A DNA stretch of 41,974 nt from Octopus bimaculoides (lineage: Eukaryota), in the NCBI RefSeq assembly GCF_001194135.2, contig NC_068990.1, positions 52,973,395-53,015,368 of the forward strand. The letters are read 5' to 3'. The notes under the pieces were generated by a model. That model did no database searches. It worked only from the letters and a program-made list of their open reading frames with translations, and was not told the DNA's origin. Both the position numbers and the translations under genes were made by a program. Below, piece by piece: positions 1 through 11,294 of the stretch; the first letter of the stretch is position 1, and each line of letters opens with the position of its first letter.

Positions 1-305
1 CTCTTAATTGCTTTATCTACCCTGGTACTATCAACTCGGATAGCTGGTCCCTCTATTGGGTCGACATAAGGCAGGCTCTCTTTCTCCCATTCATTCTCTT
101 TATTAAGCAATCTATCGTAGTGGCATCTCCAGACCTCTTTCTTTGCATCCTCATTTAATGCAAGCGTACCATCATCCATGCGAACACATTTCTCTCCTAC
201 AACATCACTATTCTCTCTCCTACACTGTCTTGCAACACGAAATACCTCGAGTCTTTGGTCCTCACGGCGCAGAACATTGGCAAATCTTACTCTTTGTCTC
301 TCTCT
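1..305 (-). mobile_element. RTE-clade LINE ORF2 fragment (linker between endonuclease and RT), 5'-truncated, runs off the left edge
   Basis: The minus frame is open: RFANVLRREDQRLEVFRVARQCRRENSDVVGEKCVRMDDGTLALNEDAKKEVWRCHYDRLLNKENEWEKESLPYVDPIEGPAIRVDSTRVDKAIK. This resembles the RTE pre-RT region and has no stops. Confidence 0.85.
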
Positions 306-623
306 AACTACAATAGCAACATTCTTGGTGCAATTAATTGCATTTGATGTTGTTAGTGGAGAGGATTCTACATGATGCAGTACTGATAAAGCTTGTATGT
401 TTTATTTAATTTTACTAAATCAACCAATCTTAGTTTAGAGAGACTTAATTACAGCTAAATTGTTTCCTCCTTCCCTCTCTACCTCTATAACTAATTTATT
501 GGGAAACCACTTGTTTAGTCAGACTGTGGCAGAATTGGTTGAACCTACAGTTTCTGAGTTCAAACTGCATTAGAGATGACTTTAGGTTTTACCCTCCTGA
601 AATTAATAAAATAAATGCAAATA

Positions 624-1799
624 AGATACTGGGAGTGGAGCTTCAAAACCAAGCTAAATAAATGTCTCTGATTTGTTTTATTTGTTCTTGGTGATTTTTA
701 GATTCATTTTCTTTTTCTTTAGATACTTTGTTTAGTATCTTACTATAATGGGTGTTATGTCCATCTGTCCACTCTTCACGGTCAAATGGTTGGACCAATG
801 GTCATGATGCTTTTCAGGATTATGAAGGAGGTAATCAAGGTTTTTAGTGGAAAAAAAAAAAAAAAAAAGTGATAAAGTATGTTAATTTTGTGGATATTGA
901 GTTTTGTATAAATAAATCACCTTTGATTTTTTTTTGTTAAAATTCCGGTGGTGAGGAATAACTCTGGATCCCTCCCACCCCCATATAATTCGTGAATTTA
1001 AAGGGTTTAGATTTGCAATACTACCTATCCCCTTATTTCTCATTGTAGATGGGCAGATTTGCTATCTTACTATAATGGGCATTATGTCTGTGTGTCTGTC
1101 TTTCCTCTTCATGGCCAGACAGCTGGACCATTGGTTACGATATTTTTGGGGATTACAAAGACAGTCACCAGGAAGGTTTTTAGCATTAAAAAATCAAAAA
1201 GTATGTTAGTGCCAACCAAACAGAAAATATTGTCCACAAAGAAGTTTTGTAATCATATTGATATTATCGAAAGGAATGTGATTCATAATTTAAATAAGGA
1301 AATTTGTGAACTTTGAATGTATAAGAGTATAAAATAGTGTAAACAACTAAAATAAAGATATATCTAAATAACATTTTTTTCTTAATACTTTTTATGTAGT
1401 GGTCAAAAGAAGCTCTGGCTTTCATTAGGAGTGATTCACGTAACCATTCATGATACAGAGGCTGGGAGCCTATTTCAGTTCGGGAGTGAATCGTCATCAC
1501 ATCACTTAGTCGCAAATACATGTCATATAGCTGCAATAGAATGCTGTATCACCAACAATAATCTAATTTCTCTAAGACATCACCCAGTAATCTATCAAGT
1601 CCATTGACACATTTCTCAATACATACTGCCTTTATGACTTCCCTCCCTCATTTTATGCCTCCATCATTGTAGATGGGTAAACTTGCTAGATACTTGGGGT
1701 GGAGCTTCAAAACCAAGCAAAATAAATGTCTCAGATTTGTATTGTTTGTTTTTGGTGATTTAAAATCATTTTCTTTTTCTTTAGATACTTTGTTTAGTA
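624..1799 (+). repeat. About 114-bp direct repeat (624-737 and 1688-1799) flanking the Helitron-like pair
   Basis: AGATACT..GTGGAGCTTCAAAACCAAGC..TTAGATACTTTGTTTAGTA occurs twice, about 88% identical by manual alignment. Confidence 0.85.
738..1689 (+). mobile_element. Two head-to-tail non-autonomous Helitron-like units (738-1064, 1065-1689)
   Basis: Both units start A|TCTTACTATAATGGG and end CATTGTAGATGGG..A.TTGCTA(G). A 5' TC, a 3' CTAG and insertion at A|T are Helitron hallmarks. Confidence 0.55.
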
Positions 1800-2001
1800 T
1801 ACTGGTAACTTCTAATACCAGTTTCCAGCACCAACTGTTGTAATATTCTATATCTGACCATATCTCTGTAAACATTATCATCATCATCATTATTTAATGT
1901 CCATGCTCCATACTGGCTGTAGCCAGAAGCTTTAACATTCTCTGTTATCACACCTCTATAAACTATTTTCTCATCAGTCAGAACATTTGACCTGAGACTC
2001 A

Positions 2002-2058
2002 CCTCACAACATTATTATCTCCTCACAACATTATTATCTCCTCACAACATTATTATCC
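2002..2058 (+). repeat. 19-bp minisatellite, 3 copies (CCTCACAACATTATTATCT)
   Basis: Read directly from the sequence; the copies abut with no spacers. Confidence 0.95.
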
Positions 2059-2195
2059 TCTGTGAAAACAGTTTCATCTTAGACCAGAAATGGTGTTGTG
2101 ATCTCTGTAATCCCCACAATGTTATCAGTGTCATTAAAGAATGCGAAAGCCCCATTTTCTAATGATTCTGACCATTTCTGTAGTAACAACACTAG

Positions 2196-2390
2196 ATCAT
2201 CATCATCATTATCATCATCGTTAAACGTCCGTTTTCCATGCTGGCATGAGTTGGACAGATTGACTGGGGACTGGCAAGCCAGGAAGCTGTACTGAGCTCC
2301 AATCTGATCTGGCAATGTTTCTACAGCTAGATGCCCTTCCTAATGCCAACCACTCCGAGAGTGTAGTGGGTACTTTCTACATGCTACTGT
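2196..2390 (-). mobile_element. RTE 3' end or RTE-tailed SINE, diverged copy
   Basis: An (ATC)n tail plus CGTCCGTTTTCCATGC..GATGCCCTTCCTAATGCCAACCACTC, homologous to 7995-8179 and 41619-41806. Confidence 0.85.
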
Positions 2391-2689
2391 CTCCCCCTCT
2401 CTTTATATGATATAAAGTGTGGCAGGAGAAATCAGCCAAAAGGTTATTATGAAATAGAGATAAAATTTTTTTGCTAAAACTGCTACAGTTTAAATTGTGG
2501 AGAAAGTAATATTGGTTTCAAATTTTGACACAAGGCCAGCATTTTGTTCTGCATGCTATCTTTGTAGAGAAAGTAATATTGAATAAAGAAAAAGACAGAC
2601 ATATGGTAGTAATGATGATCATAACAATAGCAATAATATTACTATAATCATGAATGATGTGAAGAATATTCCATTTTTCAGGCTATTAT

Positions 2690-2935
2690 TAGAAGTAAGA
2701 AGTAATTCCAGTCTGGGATCGGAATTGCAATTAGCCAGAAGCTTACTGTCATATCAAAGCAGACTTTGGAATATTATATTTTTAATGCTGTGGACAATGC
2801 TAGATTGAACGGTACTACCCAGGTGTCAAAACCACAGTGATATCTGTTTGGGCAGCTGATGTTGGGGGTGCACATATATTATGCTCAGTTGTGAATTTCT
2901 TATATCTTAGACTCATAATTCTGGGTTGTCCTTCA
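2690..2935 (-). mobile_element. Old RTE-like endonuclease relic
   Basis: The minus frame reads PRIMSLRYKKFTTEHNICAPPTSA, resembling the AP-endonuclease motif PRI..CYAPT. It contains stops and is degenerate. Confidence 0.35.
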
Positions 2936-3090
2936 TTCTTGTGAAATGCAAAGTTTGTAAATTCATTGTTTGTGGAGATTGCTTACTTTGGTATTGTTTA
3001 GTTTTCTTCATAGGTAACCTAATTAGGCTTAGACAATGCTTAGTTTAGGGAGATTCTGTGGCACACACACATTCATATATATGTTGTTAT

Positions 3091-3329
3091 ATTTGGGGAT
3101 GGTCACTTTTGGCCAACAAACCAGATGCACTCCACATGCCTGTTACTCACTCCATCCTCATTATTATTATTTTAGGGTTCTCTGTCCGAAGTCTCCTGCT
3201 ACACATTCTGTTCTGTTTAGTCCATTCTGTCAGAATGGACTAAACAGGACAGGAGGAGACACATGAGATGTAGAGTCATTGAAAAGGTCACAGGATGTGC
3301 AAAAAAAGACTTCAGATAAAGGACAATGA

Positions 3330-3377
<48 letters not shown>

Positions 3378-3445
3378 GATGAAGCGAAGAACAAGCACAT
3401 AGAGTGCACCTGGTTGATTGGCCAAAAATATGACCATCCCCATGT
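3091..3445. mobile_element. Foldback MITE with long TIRs and a central 45-bp palindrome
   Basis: 3094-3172 and 3362-3442 are inverted copies (TGGGGATGGTCA..TTTTGGCCAA..AACCAG.TGCACTC), extending inward imperfectly to about 3207/3293. The central palindrome spans 3208-3252. Confidence 0.8.
3330..3374. repeat. (AAT)n microsatellite
   Basis: Direct read. Confidence 0.95.
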
Positions 3446-3464
3446 ATGTATGTATGTATGTATG

Positions 3465-3493
<29 letters not shown>
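3443..3493. repeat. (TATG)n microsatellite
   Basis: Direct read. Confidence 0.95.
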
Positions 3494-3495
<2 letters not shown>

Positions 3496-3724
3496 CTCTT
3501 TATGAACAAACTTCTAAGGTTTTGAAATGTCAGAAAGATATAGGCTAACAGACAGAGAAAAAACAAAAAAGATTCAGTTGGAGCCTTCCAAAGTTCAAAG
3601 AATAGGCTAAGCCTTACTTATGATGCTCCAAATTAACATCCCCAAACAGTAAAGAGTGAATTGCCTTTTAGTTTTCATTACAAGAATACTATGCATATAC
3701 ACACACGCACGCGCACGCACGCAT

Positions 3725-3725
<1 letters not shown>

Positions 3726-3788
<63 letters not shown>
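3726..3788. repeat. (CA)n microsatellite
   Basis: Direct read. Confidence 0.95.
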
Positions 3789-3791
<3 letters not shown>

Positions 3792-3962
3792 TATACTGGG
3801 GTGTGATCAGAAGTAGGTATACAGCCATGGGAAAAGAAAATACACACAAAACTCATTTACTTAATTTACTTTTATCGAAAAATTAAAAATTTATGATAAA
3901 AGTGTTATTATATTTATGATAAATGTATTATTATGATTAATGACACTGATAATTATCAAACA

Positions 3963-4312
3963 CTAGCAGTATAGCTCGGCTTTGCCTGGGATTAAGTTAG
4001 GATTATTAAGCTAATCAAGTTCTTTATTTCAAACCAAACTAAGTAACATCGACATCAAATTTGGGCAGAATCAGTGTCGCGACGGGAGCACATGGGTTGG
4101 GAGTTTGATTGGCAGAGGTGATCAGGTTACACATGCCAGCCCTTTGAAAGCACCACCCCCATCATCTAACTCCTCTTTGCCCATGGGTTGGGAACCCTTC
4201 CAGCAAGGAAAATAGAATGCCCAAAAGGGCTCCCGATTCTCTGTGTCAGAAGCGGTTATGTTCAGATCACAACTAAGTCTTAAGTATGTGTGTGTGTGTG
4301 TGTATATGGGCA

Positions 4313-4343
<31 letters not shown>

Positions 4344-4692
4344 TGTACGTACACCAATTTCATATACATTGCTTGTACGCATACATGTTCGTATGTGTGC
4401 GTGTGTGTTGCCCATATATCAACAAAACACTTTTTTCATCGATAGTAAAAAAAACAACAAAAGTCTTAAAAACTTGCTCGTTGCTAGAAGGGGACTTAAC
4501 TCCTGTTTGTAAACAATGGTGGTTTTCTTAAACTTGAAAATTGTTAAAAGTTTTGATTGAAAATTTATTTTTACTGCTATTCGCTGGTGCCTCTGGGGAA
4601 AATAAGTTGACGAAAATGCAGCTAGGGTCATGACGAATGTCCCCCTAAAATTGGAGCGACATGCGTGCTAATTTGTGGACGTGCATAAATTA

Positions 4693-4732
<40 letters not shown>

Positions 4733-4748
4733 CTTTTATATATACAGA
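3963..4748 (-). mobile_element. Non-autonomous Helitron, 786 bp
   Basis: The minus strand starts A|TCTGTATATATAAAAGGCAG(TG)n and ends with a degenerate GC hairpin (3975-3990) followed by CTAG|T, i.e. insertion at A|T with no TSD. Confidence 0.75.
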
Positions 4749-6052
4749 TGAGGCTAACTTTTAATTTTTTTGATAAAAACAAATAAGCATTGTACATGCT
4801 TTTCCCTTTTCACAACTGTATACCTACCTTTGCACTCACCCACCCTGTATATACATCCATATATATACATCTATATATAAATGCACACACTTATGTGTTT
4901 GTCTACAGACACACAAATATGTTCGATGGGAAGATATATTTGCAAATGTGGCCCCTGCTGGAGCTAATATTTCAATGAGTTGATGTGTTCATACTAATAT
5001 CCATTCAAATATCTGTGAAGTAAAGTTATTAATTTCTAATTACCAGGCACAAGTAATTAGAGTAATATTTAATTCTATAAATTAATATTTTTCATTCTAA
5101 AATAACATAATGGTTGTTACTGGGAAAATAGGTGTGTTTAGCCACAGTAAGATCATAATTCTGATTGTGTTGGGTCTCAGCTTTGGTAAAGTGAAAAAAC
5201 TCACATGCCCTGTCACTTAAATTGTGTGTGTGTGTGTGCACACGCATGCATGCATGGAGTGCTGTGATAATTTAGTTGCAGCAAAGGAATTTAGTTCAGA
5301 TTGAATATTTACTCTATGAGGTGTATTGATTTCTCCTTTGTTCATTAGTTCAACAAAATTGTGTATGTTGTTATATTGAATTAACCACTATCATGGTATG
5401 TTACAGAATGATAATAGTATGTTACATAATTTTCTCAGAATAATGTGTTGTACATAGAATCTACAACATAAGTTTTGAAACTATGAAAAAGAAATTTGAA
5501 CTTAGGGAAGGAACTCCTTTGAAAAATATTGCAAAATCCATTGTTCATTTTGTGACAGTTAAGGGAAACTAATTCACTTTTACTAAAAAAGATAATAAAA
5601 TAAAACTAAATAAATGCTAATTCTAGTTCAGTTGAAATGGTTTTTAATTTCTAATTTTTCTGAAGTTTGCATTTCTAGGTAGCTTATGAATCTACTTTAG
5701 CTGAGACATATTTTCTTAATATGAGTTTGGTTCTGCTATATAACTAATAATTGAACCAAATGAAACTTAGCTTACTAAATGTTTAATGTTACTTAAGTTG
5801 GTTATACTTTGCTCCAAGGTGGAATAACCCCTCCTCCTTTTGATTATACATGTATAATGTATGTGTGTGTGTGTGTAAATATAATAAACTGTGGCATAAT
5901 TCCAGCTAATTAAAAATAATCTGTATTATATTTCATTGATGAATTCCACTGAGTTATTATAGACCTTGAAACATATTTGTGATAAGATAGAAATTCTTTT
6001 TCAAAACTATTTTTTCTTAATTAATAAGTTAAAATTTATCACAATACACCAT

Positions 6053-6178
<126 letters not shown>

Positions 6179-6736
6179 TACCACACATCCTCATCTATAC
6201 CACACTAGTGTTCTTTCATTGCGTTCACTTTATCACCTCAGTTCTCTTTTGCCACTCCCTCTTCTAATGGCCTCTTGGTCATATTGTTTGTATCCAATCT
6301 CATTATCTATAACCATCATTTAGTTGTTCCTCCCTCCTCCTTTCCTTCCATCTTTCTTTTCTATTGTTTGTCATCACTCTGGTTCATCTCTTCCATTACC
6401 ACCCCCTCTGCTCTGACTCTTTTCTTATCCTGATGTGTAGGAAGGAAGGGAATGAATGCATAGAGACAACATTAGAAAGAGGGACTGTTCTAGTTTATCC
6501 TGAAAAGGAACTCTGGTACAGGTGAAAGAATACATGGTGACAATGTAGGGTAGAGAGGACTCCTTAGTCCTGTTGAGGACAACCTTTGAAGTGCTGGTGC
6601 TACAATAAAAGAAACTGATTACACTTTGTAAAGTGATTGAAATTAGGAATGGTATCCTGATGTAGAAAAGGAACATAAGAGAAAGTTGTGAACTCCTACC
6701 TGAAAGTCTGAATAAGAGCTAATTCTGACTATGATA

Positions 6737-6861
6737 GTTATAATTATTACAATGTTGGATTATTAATAACGCCCACTTTGGTATGCAGTATACTTAGTAA
6801 AACCAGTAAAGACATGACTATCTCTTACCGTGTACTCTGGTACTTCACATATTTTTCTTTA
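6737..6861 (-). repeat. Partial 3' LTR of the outer Gypsy element, continuing at 8180-8194 after the RTE insertion
   Basis: AATGTTGGATTATTAATAACGCCCACTT.GGTAT.CAGTATACTTAGTAAAACCAGTA..GACATGACTATCTCT matches 12527-12601. Confidence 0.9.
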
Positions 6862-8179
6862 TCCAGTCCTCCAGGCAATCACAGAGGAGTTCAAGACAGG
6901 TTGCCCCTGGGAGCTCCTCTATGCTGATGACCTTGCCCTAATTGCGGAGTCACTATCAGAACTAGAGGAGAAGTTTCAGGTGTGGAAGCAAGGTCTAGAA
7001 TTGAAGGGCCTTAGAGTCAACCTAGCTAAAACCAAAATCCTAATAAGTAGGAAGGTAGATAAAACACAAACCCCTTCAGGTAGATGGCCCTGCTCAGTAT
7101 GTAGAAAAGGAGTAGGTAGTAACTCTATAAGATGTACCCGGTGCAAGCTATGGACACATAAGAGGTGCAGCAACATCAAAGGCAGGTTAACTAGCAAGTT
7201 NNNNNNNNNNNNNNNNNNNNNNNNNNNNNNNNNNNNNNNNNNNNNNNNNNNNNNNNNNNNNNNNNNNNNNNNNNNNNNNNNNNNNNNNNNNNNNNNNNNN
7301 NNNNNNNNNNNNNNNNNNNNNNNNNNNNNNNNNNNNNNNNNNNNNNNNNNNNNNNNNNNNNNNNNNNNNNNNNNNNNNNNNNNNNNNNNNNNNNNNNNNN
7401 NNNNNNNNNNNNNNNNNNNNNNNNNNNNNNNNNNNNNNNNNNNNNNNNNNNNNNNNNNNNNNNNNNNNNNNNNNNNNNNNNNNNNNNNNNNNNNNNNNNN
7501 NNNNNNNNNNNNNNNNNNNNNNNNNNNNNNNNNNNNNNNNNNNNNNNNNNNNNNNNNNNNNNNNNNNNNNNNNNNNNNNNNNNNNNNNNNNNNNNNNNNN
7601 NNNNNNNNNNNNNNNNNNNNNNNNNNNNNNNNNNNNNNNNNNNNNNNNNNNNNNNNNNNNNNNNNNNNNNNNNNNNNNNNNNNNNNNNNNNNNNNNNNNN
7701 NNNNNNNNNNNNNNNNNNNNNNNNNNNNNNNNNNNNNNNNNNNNNNNNNNNNNNNNNNNNNNNNNNNNNNNNNNNNNNNNNNNNNNNNNNNNNNNNNNNN
7801 NNNNNNNNNNNNNNNNNNNNNNNNNNNNNNNNNNNNNNNNNNNNNNNNNNNNNNNNNNNNNNNNNNNNNNNNNNNNNNNNNNNNNNNNNNNNNNNNNNNN
7901 NNNNNNNNNNNNNNNNNNNNNNNNNNNNNNNNNNNNNNNNNNNNNNNNNNNNNNNNNNNNNNNNNNNNNNNNNNNNNNNNNNNNNNNNNNNNNNGACACG
8001 TAAAAGCACCCACTACACTCTCTGAGTGGTTGGCGTTAGGAAGGGCATCCAGCTGTAGAAACTCTGCCAAATCAGACTGGAGCCTGGTGTTGCCATCCGG
8101 TTTCACCAGTCCTCAGTCAAATCGTCCAACCCATGCTAGCATGGAAAGCGGACGTTAAACGATGATGATGATGATGATG
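6862..8179 (+). mobile_element. 5'-truncated young RTE LINE inserted in the LTR (RT C-terminal half, PHD-like finger, 3' UTR, (GAT)n tail); gap at 7201-7994
   Basis: VLQAITEEFKTGCPWELLYADDLALIAES (YADD at 6920-6931) and GLRVNLAKTK are present; the tail is AAACGATGATGATGATGATGATGA. Confidence 0.92.
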
Positions 8180-8194
8180 ATAGTGACTAGGTTA

Positions 8195-9650
8195 AGACAT
8201 ACCATCGGCATGTCCCAACTCTTTTGAAGGCAGATATTCCATTCCATAATTGTAGTTTAATAGAAGGGTACCCCACCATTGCAGTCTGTTTGCCTTATGT
8301 GTTGGGATTCCTTCTTGTATCTGTATATCATTATTAGAGGTCTATGGTCCATTTGCAACCAAAAACATCTGCTGTAAATGAACCCGTGGAACTTTTTCAT
8401 ACCAAATGTAATAGCTAATGCCCCTTTTTCAATCTGGCTATAGCTCTTTTCTGCCAGCAATAATGTCCTTGATGTGTGAGCTATGGCCTTTCTCCTGTCA
8501 TCGTTATCCTTGTGAAGGAGTATGACTCCTTTCCCATACTCGCTAGCATCTGTAGCTAATATTATCTCTAACTTTGGGTTGAAATGCATAAGATACAAGC
8601 CTGAAGTTATCACATCTTTGAACTTGTTAAAGGCTTTCTGGCATTTCTCTGTCCAAACCAATTTGGCATTTGTTTTTAGTAATTCATTAAGTGGCGCCTT
8701 TACCTTATGTATATTTGGAATTTATACTTGGAATGTATATTTGGAATTTACCAAGCCTAGGAATGCTCGTAGCATTGTCACAGTCATTGGGGGTGGCACG
8801 TTTCATATTGCTGTTGCCTTTGATGGGTCTGGTCTACATCCAGTTTCGTCGATTACTTGATCTAGGTATTTTATTTTTTCCATCAAAAATTTTTCTTTTG
8901 TCAATTTTAGTCTGTATTCACTTATTCTCTTGAATACTTTCTTTATGTGTTCGACTTGTTGCACCCGAGACTCGCACTTTATCAAAATGTCATCGAGGTA
9001 TGTGATGGTGACGATACATTCACTTAACATCACATCCATTATTTGTTAGAATATGGTGGGTGCCACTTTTACTCCGAATAGCAGTTGTTTGAACTTGTAC
9101 AATCCACGGTGCATGTTAATTGTTAGTAGATGTATGCAGTCTTCCTCTAACTGAATCTGAAAGTATGATGCTGAGAGGTCTAACTTTGAGAAGATTTTCC
9201 CTCTATTTAGTTTAGTAAATATTTCTTTTGGGCTTGGTAGTGGGTAATTGTGTGTGAGTAAACAGTCATTTAATCTGGTTGAGAAGTCTGTGCATACTCT
9301 CAGCTTTTTAAAAAATTTTTTTTTTTTAATATAGACTGCCGATGCTGCCCAGTCTGCATGGTTAATCTTTTCAATTATATTCAGGTTTTCCAACCTTTCT
9401 AGTTCTTTATTGGTCTGGTCTACTGCTGCAAATGGCACATTCCGTTTGGGACTGAAAATAGGTGTTGAATTTTCTTTGATAGCTATCCTTGCTTTTGTTT
9501 TTGTGAAACAGCCTAAACCTTCCAAACTTATATTTTTTGTCTCAGTTCATTGACCTCATTCGATCATTTGACTGCTCCATTTACGTTATTGTACAAAATG
9601 CTTATGGATGTATCCCTTAAATCAAATTTCTCCATACATTCGGTGCCAAA
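8195..9650 (-). pseudogene. Gypsy pol fragment: RT and RNase H, frameshifted, with no integrase
   Basis: RVCTDFSTRLNDCL, FSKLDLSASYFQI, LLFGVKVAPTIF, YLDDILI, LATDASEYG, SYSQIEKGALAI, ending GIPTH.ANRLQ..HADGMS at the LTR junction. Confidence 0.92.
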
Positions 9651-10866
9651 TAAATTCATGGATTTTTCTGACACATAAACATTCACTTTTTTGGTTCAGC
9701 CTTTGAATATTATATTACAAACGCATTCACCTGTGAAATATAATTTTCTTCCTGTAACACCATACGCTATTTTGTTTGGACTACATAATTTTGGTTTACC
9801 CATTTGTTTCTATGTTTTCTCATTTATGATTGTGATGTCACTTCCTGTGTGTAACTGCATTCTGATGCTAGTGGTTTCAATTTTCACATTCATGAATTTT
9901 CTGTTTGTTCTAATCACAACTTTTTCTGCTGGCAGACTATTTATTTTTTCTTGTTTGTTCCATTTTCCTATCATTCTAATTTTGCAGTGCGATTTTATAT
10001 GTCCTGTAAACCTGCAGCAATAACACTTTGCTTTTTTATGCAGACAGTCTTTTATCAGGTGCATACTACCACATGCCATACATGGATTTACATCCCAGTA
10101 TTTTTTCCATTTTTCCTGCAACACTTTTTTGCCTTCCGACTTTCTTGTACTAGTCTCATGTGAAAATACTCTTTCCATTAAATTTCTTCCGTGTCATGCC
10201 TTAATTTTAATATCATGTCACACTCTTCCAACAGTCACTGCAATGTCAAATACGGGTTCATTTCCAGTTTTGTTAGACTCTTCATTCAGATTTCTACATC
10301 TCTTTTATCTGTCAATCCTTGTGCAAAAATCAAACACTTGAAAGAATTTGGAGTAAGCATATCCAGCCTAAATCTCTTACATTCTTTGTTGACTTTGTGT
10401 AAATAACGGAATCTTCATCTTTGTTTAAACATACAATGTTTAAACATTTCCATCTAGTACTAAACAGTGAGCTCTTTTCACTAAACATTTTGCACAAAAT
10501 GTCAACTGTGTTGGTAAAATTTATGTTGGATGCTTTCTTTGGCAATATGAAGTTGCTATACTTCTCATGCTCTGCTGTCACTAGTTTTCTTAAAACTAGA
10601 TGCGTTTTCATTTCGTCCGTCCAATCCTGACATTCTTTTTCACAAATTTGTTGAAATTTTCGAAAGTAAGCCTCAAAGGTTACTCCTTCTTCGAGGTCAT
10701 ATTTGAATTCACTTATGGAATTTGCTACATGGTTAAGTAAAAATGTATTCTCTGGTCTGGTTATCAACTTTAATAGTTGTAACATTTGCTGCTGCAATCC
10801 TTGTTGTTCTCGTTTCTTGAGTTGTTGCTTTTGCAACTCAACTACCCCGGCTAATAAGTCTTCCAT
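9651..10866 (-). pseudogene. gag and protease of the inner (nested) Gypsy element
   Basis: FKYDLEEGVTFEAYF..EKSSLFSTRWKCLN; zinc knuckles CMACGSMHLIKDC and CYCCRFTGHIKSHC; protease MQLHTGSDITII with the catalytic D changed to H. Confidence 0.88.
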
Positions 10867-11012
10867 ATTTTACAATTTTCGTAAGTTTGCCCAACAAGAT
10901 TTTTTTATTTCTTTTTTGTCGAGTTATTTAATTTTCCACGTGAATTAGTTTAAACTCTCTGTATAGTTGCTTTTTTTTTTCACTCTGTAAATTTGTTTTT
11001 CCCTGTTTGCAC

Positions 11013-11294
11013 TGTTGTAAAGTGGGTTCCTCCTGCTGGTGTGATGTATGACTGCCATTGTACTGTAGTTGCTGTTTTATGCTAGTAGCCACAATAGTTA
11101 CTAGTCATTGGATACCCTTGTATCTCTTTGTACTGGAATAACTTCTGTCTTACTATCGCTGATAACTCCCCAAGACACTGACTAGAACTGTTGAATCTCA
11201 ACTCTTTCTTGACAACTAGCTACTGGTCTATTTATAATGGCTGCTTCCTACCACTTTTTACCGGGAGGGGTATACAGTTTCACTATTCCACACA
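11013..11294 (-). repeat. 5' LTR of the nested Gypsy element, 282 bp
   Basis: TG..CA termini (TGTGTGGAAT..TTTACAACA on minus) and TATAAATAG at about 11228-11236 on minus. Its start resembles the outer LTR (GTA.ACCCCTCC). It is followed by a degenerate PBS and the same CCACGTGAATT.GTTTA leader motif seen at 12482. Confidence 0.7.

Noticed and set aside
1960-1985. CTGATGA hammerhead-core matches (minus strand near 1975, 12250 and 14295; plus strand near 6924)
   Set aside because: There is no stem II with GAAA closure or flanking helices, and several matches lie inside coding motifs such as YADD.
2002-2058. Possible CRISPR-like array
   Set aside because: The repeats abut with no spacers, and the context is eukaryotic; this is an ordinary minisatellite.
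6830-8158. Long ORFs of 270-558 aa crossing N-runs (also 25232-27960)
   Set aside because: Their length is an artefact of untranslatable gaps; only the flanking RTE and Tx1 parts are real. The start of the 26217-27893 ORF is antisense SINE sequence.
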